Assembly (NCBI RefSeq): GCF_018350175.1
Contig: NC_058368.1
Location: 168,952,001-169,016,000 of the forward strand
Length of the DNA stretch: 64,000 nucleotides
Source: Felis catus
Lineage: Eukaryota
Reading direction: 5' to 3'
The notes beneath the pieces were generated by a model. The model made no database searches. It saw only the letters and a program-made list of their open reading frames with translations, and was not told the origin of the DNA. A program made the position numbers and the translations under genes. Below, piece after piece: positions 50,629 to 61,390 of this stretch. Within the stretch, counting starts at the first letter, position 1. The number at the start of each line of letters is the position of its first letter.

Positions 50629-50748
50629 TGAACTTTCCCTTCTTCTAACAAATGCTCATCTGTGAAAATGACAGGATAAAAATGTCACAAAAATAATAAA
50701 GCAGAATATTAATTTTTGGAAGCATTTTCATATATTAAAGAGAGGCGA

Positions 50749-50982
50749 GGGGCGCCTGGGTGGCTCAGTCGGTTAAGTGTCCGACTTCAGCTCAGGTCAT
50801 GATCTCACGGTTCATGAGTTCGAGCCCCGCGTCGGCTCTGTGCTGACAGCTCGGAGTCTGGAGCCTGCTTCTGATTCTGTGTCTCCCTCTCTCTCTGACC
50901 CTCCCCCCATTCATGCTCTGTCTCTCTCCCAAAAATAAATAAACGTTGAAAAAAAATTAAAAAATTATAAAAAAAATAAAAA
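50749..50982 (+). mobile_element. Can-SINE, relatively young
   Basis: Many CpGs retained, long tail, perfect TSD taaagagaggcga (50736-50748 / 50983-50995). Confidence 0.98.
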
Positions 50983-51194
50983 TAAAGAGAGGCGATATTT
51001 TAATACATTTATTTGCTTGGTTTAACTTAACCTTAACAATAGATTATTAGACTACGTGGTCCCTAAATTGTTTTGAAATCCCATATTAAGATATCACATA
51101 TTATCACATTCATCCAAGTTTTTTGTACACAATAATATCATTAACTTTGTAGTGATAAGACATATTTTTAAGACTCTTAAGGTACCTTACATAC

Positions 51195-52490
51195 TTTTTT
51201 ACCTTTATTTTGATATAATTTAAATACAATAAAATGCACCAATTTTAAGTGTACACTTTGATGAGTTTTACCAAATGTGTACAATCGCATAACCAGCAAT
51301 ATACTTCCATCACCGCAGAAATTTCCTTGTGCTGCTCTGTACTCAGTGCCTTTCTCCTACCCCTGGCCCTGGGACACTAATCTGTTTCTCTCACCATAGG
51401 CTAGCCTTTTCTAAAATTTCATTTAAATGGTACAAATCAGTATATAATCTTTTGTTCTAGATTTTTTCACTGAAAACATAGTGCTTTAGAGACTATCCAT
51501 GTTGCTGAATATAGTTTTTGTTTTTTAAATTCTGAGTGCTTTCCATTTTATACTATAGTTTGATTCTCTAGCCACCAGCTGATGAACATATGGATTATTT
51601 CCAATTTGGGGCTATTATAAACAAAGTTGCTATGAATATTCATATCTAAGTCTTTGTGTGAATATATATGTTTTTATTTTTCTTGGGTAAATATCTAAAA
51701 GTTGAATGGATGGGTTGCATGGAAAAAACAAAACATTATAAGAAACTGCCAAGTTGTTTTCTAAGCTGCTGTTCCATTTTGCATCCCCACTAGTAATGTA
51801 TGAGAGTTGGAGCTTTTCCATAATATTAAGTAACACTCCTTACTTTTTAGTCTTTATTAGTCATTCCGAGAAATGCAGTGGTATCTTGCTGTGATTTTAA
51901 CTTTATTTTCCTAGTAACTAATGATGTTGAGTTCCTTTTCATGTGCTTACTTGCCATTTATATGCCATCTTTTTGTGCAATGTCTGTTAAAATCTCTTGC
52001 CCATTTCTTGTTAATCAGGCCGTTGTCTTGTTATTTAGTTATAAGCATTTTTTCCTTTATTTATTTATTTACTTGTTTATTTTGAGAGCGAGAAAGGGAG
52101 TGGCAGAGAGAAAGGGAGACATAGAATCCCAAACATGCTCTGTGCCGTCAACAGATGGGGGACTCAGTCTCATGAACCGTGACATCCTGACCTCAGTCAA
52201 GATCAAGAGTTGGATGCTTACCCAACTGAGCCACCCAGGTGCCCCTTGTTATTTTTTTCATTTTTAATACAAGTCCTGTATCAGATATTTGGCAAGTATT
52301 TTCTCTCAATCTGTAGTTTGTCCTTTTTTTTCCTCCTCAAGAGAAGTTTCTAATTCTAATGAAGTCTGAACTAATTTTTTTCTTTTATGGCTCATACTTC
52401 TGGTAGCTTATCTAAGAACTCCTTTATAACCAAGATCATGAAGATTTTCTCCTAAGCTTTTGTTTATAAAGTCTTAAGGTTTAGTTCTGG
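51195..52490 (-). mobile_element. L1 (L1MB/L1MC-like) 3' region, interrupted by a SINE
   Basis: aataaaatgcaccaattttaagtgtacactttgatgagtttt...ttccaatttggggctattataaacaaagttgctatgaatatt...gatgttgagttccttttcatgtgcttacttgccattt. Confidence 0.9.
52048..52245 (-). mobile_element. Can-SINE, older and diverged
   Basis: gatcaagagttggatgcttacccaactgagccacccaggtgcccc plus (TTTA)n tail. Confidence 0.9.
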
Positions 52491-53873
52491 TTTCCAGATC
52501 TAAGACCTACATAGTACCTACCTCTTGTCCTTGGGGATTTGAGACCCTTTCTGATTCTTCCCATTTGGTTCTTTGCTTACCTACCTGCTTTATTTCTAAT
52601 TTTGCACCTTCTGTTCACAATATATTCTGCTGCCTTTTTTGGGAACTCTCAGTTCCAGTCCTATCCCATCTCTTACTGAAAGTCAAAATGCACTGGAAAT
52701 CTTGTCTTAAAATTGTCTTTCTTTTCCTTTTATATTTCCACAGCATTTCTAAGAATATTTCCTTGGGTGTCCTATATATACCCTTTTCATACCACCCTGT
52801 AGAAAAAATGGCAAATGTTTTATATTTGTACCTGGCGATATATATGAGAGTTCAGACATGCATAGGGCTTGAAACAACAAACATTTAAATTTGACTAGAC
52901 CTTAGTGTGAACATTTAGAAAATTGTGTTATTTTAGTTTGATAACACTGGAGGAGTTATGAGTTAATCCTTTATGTAAGGATAAGATTGAGAGGTCTTTT
53001 TTGTTTTTGTTTTCCATAGGTCACGTCAAACATAGTTTCCATGTGTGGATAATTACCCTAGCAGACAAGTAATTATTTAGCAAAGATTTCCTCAGGCATG
53101 AAGCATTTCTGATCATCTTTCCCCACCTACTTCCCCTGGTGCCCATCATGCCCTCTGTTATTTCTCCTGCAAGATCACTTTTTACTACCACAATGTAAAC
53201 TCCTTAAGGACAGGAACGTGGTCTTCTCTGCCACTATGTTTGCTACAAATTAGGTGTCCAGGAAATGTTTGCTGAATCAGTGATCTTACCCTTTCTTTAA
53301 CATCCCCAGTGGAAGAGGTTCTGTCATCTTCCTATAGGCTAACATACTAAAAATTCCTATGCACAAGAATTTTGCTATCTCATTTGCTATATAACTTAGA
53401 CCCATTTTCTTCAGCATTGTCTGTTTTTCTTGCTCATATCAACTAAAATGTCCAATTGTCCATTGGCTATCACTCTCTTGAATACTATTGGCATTTTACT
53501 AAACCCAGTCGTAGTTACTTTGAAGTTGTGTTGTGGTTTTTTTTGTGGGTTTTTTTTTTTGAGTTTTTAATAAATGATGATCCTTTCTTTGAGTTTGGGC
53601 TTTATCTTTCTGCCATACATCTTTTAAAACAAGAAGACTTTTTCATAAATCATCTTCCTGAACCATTATTAGTTCAGCATGAGTGGAATTCTTTATTTCA
53701 GAAAAAATTTTGGTGAGGCAATTTTTAGGGAAGAAAAAAATGGACTATTGGTATAAAAAGGAGCAGCTACTCTTACACTATGATCAAACAAGAATAAAAT
53801 GACGTTTAGTATGAACAATTCAGCTTTATTTTAAAGAAAATACTCAACATTCATTTTAAAGCATTACTGCTTA

Positions 53874-54080
53874 GGGGCGCCTGGGTGGCGCAGTCGGTTA
53901 AGCGTCGGACTTCAGCCAGGTCACGATCTCGCGGTCCGTGAGTTCGAGCCCCGCGTCAGGCTCTGGGCTGATGGCTCGGAGCCTGGAGCCTGTTTCCGAT
54001 TCTGTGTCTCCCTCTCTCTCTGCCCCTCCCCCGTTCATGCTCTCTCTCTCTCTCAAAAATAAATAAACGTTAAAAAAAAA
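53874..54080 (+). mobile_element. Young Can-SINE
   Basis: CpG-intact, same diagnostics as 8467; TSD aaagcattactgctta (53858-53873) / aaaacattactgctta (54081-54096). Confidence 0.99.
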
Positions 54081-54779
54081 AAAACATTACTGCTTAGTAT
54101 ATTCTTAGGACATAAGTAGGATCCAGAATATGAAGAAAACTTCTCTGGAATAGTTGGGGTGCCTGATAACGGTTTTAGACAATAACATCATTGTTTAGCA
54201 TACGGCAGTTTGATGAGATTTACATGTCTGTTCTATACTTAATAGTCTATGGAAACATTCAGAAAATGAAACAAATTCTTTATTTGCATAATGGTTCTTT
54301 TGCCTATTGGTGTATTAAAAGAATCAGTCAGCAAGATAACTGAGGTGCAAAAAACCTAGTTAGTTTTAAAGAAATGATTGGCTCTGAGATTACAGCTGGA
54401 AAGGCCTAGTTTAAGACTTACCCACTCTTTCTCAAAGACACATTTGCTCCCAATAAGGTGTTCCCAGAGGCCTGGATCACCCTTGCCTTAAATAAGCCAA
54501 GCAGTGAAGCTGGCGCAACTTCTACACAAAATGAAATCACTGCCTGTTTAATAATCAGACCACATACTGTTACAGTGTGGGATTCCATAATTACTCTGAT
54601 TGTTTCCACATGGGTCGAATCTGAATGACCTTCTCTTCCATTAGTGATATTATTAAAATACTCAAAGGTGGCCTCCATTTTCCTTTATTAGTGTTTGTTA
54701 ACTTGCTGTTTGTGTAGAAAGCAGTCCTCTGGTCCCTGTTTGGTATTTGCTGCTGCTGCTGTCTCACTCCATCTCTGCT

Positions 54780-55350
54780 GGTATTCCTGACCTCCCATCT
54801 ACTACATGTTTTATACATCACCCCCTTCTTATTGGTTCTACATCTATATTAAATTGTGCTTTTGTTCTTGCCTTTAACTCACAATGCATCTAAATTCCAT
54901 TTTCACTGTTTGCCACATTTTCCATTTAGTATCATTAACATGTATCTTTTTGGTGAGTTGTACTTTTTAGGCACATAGAATAGTTCCCTTTATCTAATGC
55001 TCTTTTTTCCTAAATTCTACTTTCTGGTGGTAATACAAAGTACCACACCTGCTTTTTGTTTGTTAGCACATGCTCCTTCCATCCTAATCCTGTTCTCTCC
55101 CAGTGTGAGCTGCATGAGGACTTGAGCATATTTTTCCTTTTACCCTCCTCCTTCCTGCCTGCCTCCTCCCTTCCACTAAGCAGGTTAAAGCCACCTAGAT
55201 TTTTTCTTCTTTTTTTAATATAATGACAATTATTTAGATATAATTGTGTTACTCATTTCTTTGCTCCCCACTTCTTCCCATTTTATGGATTCCTATTTTA
55301 CATTATACGGAATATGTCCTTGAGTGATTCTTTTAGATGTGTCATATTTG
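54780..55350 (-). mobile_element. Ancient L1 (L1ME-like) fragment
   Basis: ttccctttatctaatgctcttttttcctaaattctacttt...ccacacctgctttttgtttgttagca resembles antisense L1 ORF2. Confidence 0.5.
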
Positions 55351-56126
55351 ATAATGTGTCACTTAACTAGTTCATGCCAGAGGAATATACATCCCCTGAG
55401 GACCTGAATTCTGTTTTGTAGGTGGTTTTTCTAGGAGGGCCTGGCAAATAGTAAGTGCTAAATAGATATTTTTTGAAGCAATCAGATCAGTTTTTCTCTG
55501 GGCTTTCTCCCCACCAATTTTAAATATTTTCAATGGAAATAATGATAAACTGCCTACCACATCTTTCTGCTTGCTGATAGCAAGTATACTCCCACAATAG
55601 TTAACCTTTATTGATGACTCAGAGCCATCATTATCCATATCACTTACTGTGATTTGTTCTAATCTGATATCAAAATTTCCTGAAAGCATCTTGGGGAAGT
55701 TTACCTCTAAGTTAACTAGCTTCCATATGCCAGTTGTTCAAAATTTATTCTTCTTTCCAAATCTGGTTAGAAGTGGTAGTACACAAGCTTGGGGGCCAGA
55801 TAGAGCCCTCTGGGAATGGCATTGGCTGGCCACAAAGATATCCCAAGAATCAGCCTTTAGAAGAGATAGCAGTCAATAGCCTGGAAATCATTAGTTCAAA
55901 AAAGCTTGAAATAGGGAAAACTCTGCTCATTAAAAGCTAGATGAGAAAACAAATTCACAATTGAAGATCAGAAGCTAAGCCAGTTAAGGTGTCTGCCACA
56001 GTTTTCTGTTAGGGGTGGATGAGAAAGAAGCAGGTGACCTTTCATGAACAGTGAAAGTGTCTTACCCCCAACTCTGCCCTGCCTATCCTTGCTGTCAAGC
56101 TCTCATTCTCACTGTGACTAATCTTC

Positions 56127-56587
56127 TGTACCAATTATCTATTGCTTCCTAAAAACACCACCCCAAATACAGGGACTTAAAACAAAAAACCATTTCTTTC
56201 TTTTTGTTCCATCAGTTTGGTCATCTGTTTGGGCTGGACTCAGCCAAATGGCTTTCAGCTCTTCTCCCATGGAGTCACTTATGTGGCTTCAGATATCCAA
56301 TAGCTAGATTAGGGCTAGAGAGTTTAGTTTAGCTTCACTCATATGGCTAGAGGCTTCCAATGGACTGTAGGATGCCCCCCGCCACACACACACACACACA
56401 CATCATTTCTCACCCAGCCTTCTTTACATGGTATCAGGGGTGTTCCAGGAAGACAGAAGTGGAAGCTGAAAGTCTCTGGAGGCCTGCACTCATGAAGTTC
56501 ATAATATTACTTATGTTACATTATGCTTTTTGAAGTAATAGGTTAGCCTAGACACAAGGGTGGAGAAGTCATATTTTTTATACCACA
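56127..56587 (-). mobile_element. MaLR LTR (MLT1H-like) containing a (CA)n tract
   Basis: tgtaccaattatctattgct...ccaccccaaa...tttgggctggactcagc...gaagtggaagctg...taccaca. Confidence 0.8.
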
Positions 56588-56599
56588 CCTGTCTCTGAG

Positions 56600-56790
56600 G
56601 GCTTACTCCTCACCTTTAAACTTGTAATTTCCAGTATTGTAGTTTACGTGCTTACATAGCTGTCTCTTCTTGTAAAATTAAACTGCTTGAGAACAGGAAT
56701 TAAGTTATCTTAGCACACAGCAGAGGCCCTGGTATCTAGTAAGGCCTTATTAAAGGAAAGGTGATCCAATGATAGACTGATTGCTCAATA
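56600..56790 (+). mobile_element. L2 3' end
   Basis: taaactgcttgagaacagg...ttagcacacagcagaggccctggtatctagtaaggcc. Confidence 0.55.
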
Positions 56791-59072
56791 TGTATGTAGG
56801 TATGTATGAATGGATATATGTATGTATATCCTTGTTTATTATTAGTAGCTAGATTCTATAATTATAAGATCAATGGAACAGTACTTTTAAAAGCACAAAA
56901 TAAATTAGAAGTATGTCTTCTGATAGAAAATACTAAGTTTTTTTTTGTATGCCAAGCAGCAGCCCTGGAAGACTGTGTTCTTAGAACATAGAAACTTACC
57001 TGTGTAATAGAGAGTTAGCAGTGTTTCCTTAATCAGTTCCCAGATCAAATAACCAGAAATGATTTCTTTTTTTCCACCATCATTATTATCAAATGCATTG
57101 GGTCCCTTAGTCTAAGTTCTATATTATCTTGTAGCGTATGTTCAGAAGAATGACTACCTGTGCCAAAAGGTCTTAATAAGAAAAGTGTCAAATTTAGCCC
57201 TCATTACTTTGCTTTAAAAACATTTTAAATAATCTAAAAGGTGCATCCATGGCTTAAGATCAGCTCAGATTCAATTGATTGCACAAAAATGTCAATTTGG
57301 TATTTCATGGAATTTAAAAATCCTGTGCCCCAATTAAGTTCCCACACAGGTAACTACTATTCCTATGTAATTTCACCAGGATACTGAGATACTCACTTTG
57401 ATGCATGGCTGTTGCTGCACACTGGCTCTGAATGCTGGTAAGCAGCTGTCCCCTTTTCCTCTGGTGGTTTGGAGATCACTATAAATTTGTCAAATTTTTT
57501 TGGAATTTTTGGTGAATGGGCTTTACATTTATATAAATTATTTTGTCCACTTTGAGTCTTTCAGACACTTTTGTTTTATGTAACTGTGGTCTGCAAATAG
57601 GTAAAAGAAAAATCTCATTAAGAGACCAAAATGACACATGTATATGCAAAGTTACTATTTGCTCAGACAAGTAATCCTGCGTGAATACAAAATGCAGATT
57701 TTGTGTGAATTGCATCAAAAAATCACAGAGTGAATAACAACTAATTATAAAAGGACATTTGGTGAATATTTTTATAACTTTTATCTTGTAGAATTATAAG
57801 AAGAGAAAAACAGCTACATATATGAAGTCAAGTCTTAAGACCTTATTTTTATGGTATTATATTATCAAACAGAATGCAGAATTAAAATTGAACGAAGTAA
57901 AGCGAGCTCTCCTGACTATGGAAACAAAATATAGAGAGACAGAAAAGAAATGGAATTTCAGATATTTGTTTCAAGATAAAAATGAATTACTATACAATAG
58001 ACCTGTATTCACAACTTAGACTCTCCTATTTGGATTTCATACACTGAAAGCAATCATAGGACTGAAGGGAAATTTATTATAAAGTCACCTGGGATATCAC
58101 TTCATAAACACAGAAAACAACATTAGAAATTGAAATGGGAATAATGAAAATTTCATTTTAAATGAATGTAAATGGGAGGCAAGGAAAGAACTGTTGAGGT
58201 ACATGAGAGAAAGGCATTACTTCTCTTGAACTCCTTTCAATACTGAAAAGTGTTTTCCATTAACCAGATACTGGTGCCATTGAAACTGTGATTGGATGTT
58301 TCCTGTCTGTACATAGGGGCTGAGAGTACTCTGTGTTACTGCACTGGCTGAGGCGATCTTCCTGCCTTGAGAGCACAGCCTAAAGTCTATTAGGGATCGC
58401 CAAACCAGAGGCGAAAGTGCAAGCTGGCCAGTAGGTCTGTCTGGTTGGGGAAGTGAAGGGGTTGCTCATTGAGGCACTTGGCAGGTGTCATCCATTACTG
58501 GCCTTCTCAGCAAGTTGCAGAGTCGGTGCCATCCACTGCACAGAGAGGCTGATCCTGCAAAGAGTTAACCACAGCAGATCACTCAGTATCTACATCTGGG
58601 TGCCTTCCACCATCATTAGAGTGTGTGTGTTCATCAGTAGCTGCACATTTTGCAGACAGTAAAAATGTAAATGATCCTGAGGCTCATTGTGGCACCTTGT
58701 GCATCGCAGATTACACAGTTGCTCTGTTCCTTTATGTGTCTTTTAAGTCTTAATTTGAGCTCTAATGTGAGTATGGATATCACATCATGGAAGTACAAAC
58801 TATAACAAAAAGATGGTGGAGGAATTGTTATGTACCTTGGTACAGAATGGAAAAATAATGCATATTTTAGTTCTCTCAAAGTATTCTATATTCCAGAGCC
58901 TAAGCATTGAGTCAGGGACTCTATTCCACAAAACTTAAATGGGAAAGAAATCACATCTCAAAAACAAAATGGCAGACATCTTGTACCAGTTATTGCAGAG
59001 TATTACTTTTGTCAAGATAAAATTAACAATATTTCAAAGAAACCAAAGGAACACTCAGCTTTGTAAAATACT

Positions 59073-59264
59073 AGAAGAGCATGGTCTTTGGAGTGAGAGA
59101 TTCTATACTCAGCCACTTAATCATCTCTTGTGTTCTTGGACAAGTTGCTTAATCTCTGAGCCTCAGTTTCTTAGCTGTGTAATAGATATCTACACTCAAA
59201 TAGAGATTAGGGATAACCAGTAAAGCACCTGATACCTACTAAGTTCTTAATAGTTACTATTATT
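59073..59264 (+). mobile_element. MIR
   Basis: aagagcatggtctttggagt...cttggacaagttgcttaatctctgagcctcagtttctt...taaagcac. Confidence 0.85.
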
Positions 59265-59668
59265 CGTACAGTATTGGAAAGGGCTTGGTTGTACACACAG
59301 TTACTCAGCAGAGGCAAGGGGGAGGATGCCTGCATTGTGATACTTTGGCCCTGGGGTAGATGGGACTCTTGGCCATATGGAGTGGCACTCTTGTAACTTA
59401 CACTCCTTGCTTTACTTCCATTCATCAGCTGTTAATACTCATTGTTGCACTGCAAAGGTGGAAAAGTCTTCACCAGGACTATTTAGCACCACTGTGTGCC
59501 TAGATTTATCCAGCCAGCTACAGGAAGAAAATGCCTTTAACCTAGAGTTTAACACGATGTTAGGGCTGTTATATATGGTGGCTGCTAACTGGTAAATCAT
59601 GGACCCCTGGTTCCTCCAACTTACTGCAGGTGTCCCAAGTGCATCAAGCTTTTGAGACCGAATAATAT

Positions 59669-59669
<1 letters not shown>

Positions 59670-59701
<32 letters not shown>
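59670..59701. repeat. (GT)16 microsatellite with TA/TG-rich flank
   Basis: Read directly. Confidence 0.95.
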
Positions 59702-59711
<10 letters not shown>

Positions 59712-60099
59712 ATGTATATCATATGATATACATCTATGTGTGTGTATCATATATATATGCACACTATTTTACTATTGTGATTAATAAAGTAAAAATTCAT
59801 TTCAGAACTTTGTTGAATTCTTAGTAGCTTTTTATCATGTTGTATTTCTTCTTTCAGCCATTCTAAAACATACAACTATTATATCAGGATGGATGTGGTA
59901 CAAAGAATTGATAAAATTAATATTATACAGGCCCTCATGCTCAGAAAAGTCAAGAACTGGTGCTCTCATTTCTGAGGTCCAGTAAAATATGGTGTGATGT
60001 ACTCACTTGCACAACTTGTTAAGGAAAACTCTGTTCAGAATTCTGGTCTCCTGATCTCTAGTCCAGAACTCCCAACAGTGGAAATGTTTGTACTGTTGC

Positions 60100-60240
60100 T
60101 TCTGGAAAAATGTGAGATGTATTTAATGTTCAGATTAGTATGCACGCAGTTACATATTGACAGAAAATGGGTTACGTGAAAAACATTTAAAACAGTACCT
60201 GACACACAGAAAGCCCTCACTAAATGATGGCTGTTATGAT
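60100..60240 (+). mobile_element. MIR 3' fragment
   Basis: aaacatttaaaacagtacctgacacacagaaagccctcactaaatgatggctgttat. Confidence 0.6.
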
Positions 60241-61249
60241 GGCTCTTCAGTAAGGAGTGGTTTTGTCACTTTTTTCTATCTGTTGCTTAGAGTAACTTAT
60301 CCCATTCTGAATGTAATATTTTAAGTGATACCATTTGTCACTCAAGCAAGTGGCTTCCATATTTGCTTCTCATACTCTCAGAGTGGGAGTGGTGGACATT
60401 TAAAAAATCTCCCTTCTTTTAGGAGTAGAGGCTCTTGCCATTAGTATGAAGGCTCACTTCGGAAGTGAGTCCTCACAACGCATCTTATCACAGCCTCAGA
60501 CAGCTACTGGCCTTTAATGTGCATGCTTGAGACAGAATTCAGTCTTGTTGTTGAATTACCCCCTGGGATTTGGTATATTTATTTGAACTAACGAGATTTA
60601 AACATTTACTTTCCATCAATATTTTTTAATTTGTCCTCATCTGACCCCCCGTTCCTCCCGAGCAGATTCTTTATTGCTTAAGAGATGTAGCATTAGATCA
60701 AGATTTATTTAAATTGTGTACCCAAAGCTAGTCTCTAGAGATTTGGTGTCTCGTTGCACAATGTGGCCCACAGGTGATAGCAGACAGCAGTGACTGAGGG
60801 AGATTTACATCTGACTATACAAATAGAGCACACATTTCATAAAACTATAAACCATCCAGGCTAATCACAGTAGTTAAATACAAGGAAAGTTTCCCTTGGG
60901 TTCTCAGGTAAATTTAGGACTGAAGAAAGTGTTGTCATGATATGTGTTTGGTTCTGAATTTTTTGTCAATATCCAGATTTAATATGAGTCCCTTTGTTTT
61001 AGCTAACTGCCCAGGAATTTGATCTTTTAAGCTAAATACAAGAATATGTGGAGTTGGTATATGTGTATTGCCAAATAGAATTCTCTTATAGGGAAGTCGC
61101 CCCAGGGATGAAAGAGCCAAAAGAAGTAAGCGCTTTTGTATGTGCTCAACATGTCCATTTTAAGTAAAGGCAGATGACTTACAATAGCTTTCATAACTGG
61201 CTCTCCATCAGTCAGCCATGCCAGACAAGGACTGTGTTGCTTTTGTCCC

Positions 61250-61390
61250 GCTCTCAGGAAGCAGCGTCATTAGAGGAAATCACCAAAGGTCTCGGTTTCT
61301 CCACAAGTGCAACCCAGTGGAGCATTTCTCCTGTATAAATAGATCAAGCCCCCAGTGGTGATCTTCTCCTGCTGAGAAGAAGGTAACCGG
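61250..61390 (+). promoter_or_regulatory. Candidate TATA promoter with short first exon, or 125-nt non-coding exon
   Basis: TATAAATA 61334-61341, donor AAG|gtaacc after 61382, also acceptor ttttgtcccgctctcag| at 61257; ETS core and CRE half-site nearby; no repeat recognised. Confidence 0.3.

Noticed and set aside
27..50665. Recurring ORF peptides such as AQVMIS...VLTAQSLEPASDSVSPSLS, resembling a paralogous small-protein family
   Set aside because: Every instance maps to a Can-SINE; these are incidental translations.
139..54080. tRNA genes suggested by A/B boxes
   Set aside because: They are the tRNA-derived heads of Can-SINEs, followed by CT tracts, A-tails and TSDs.
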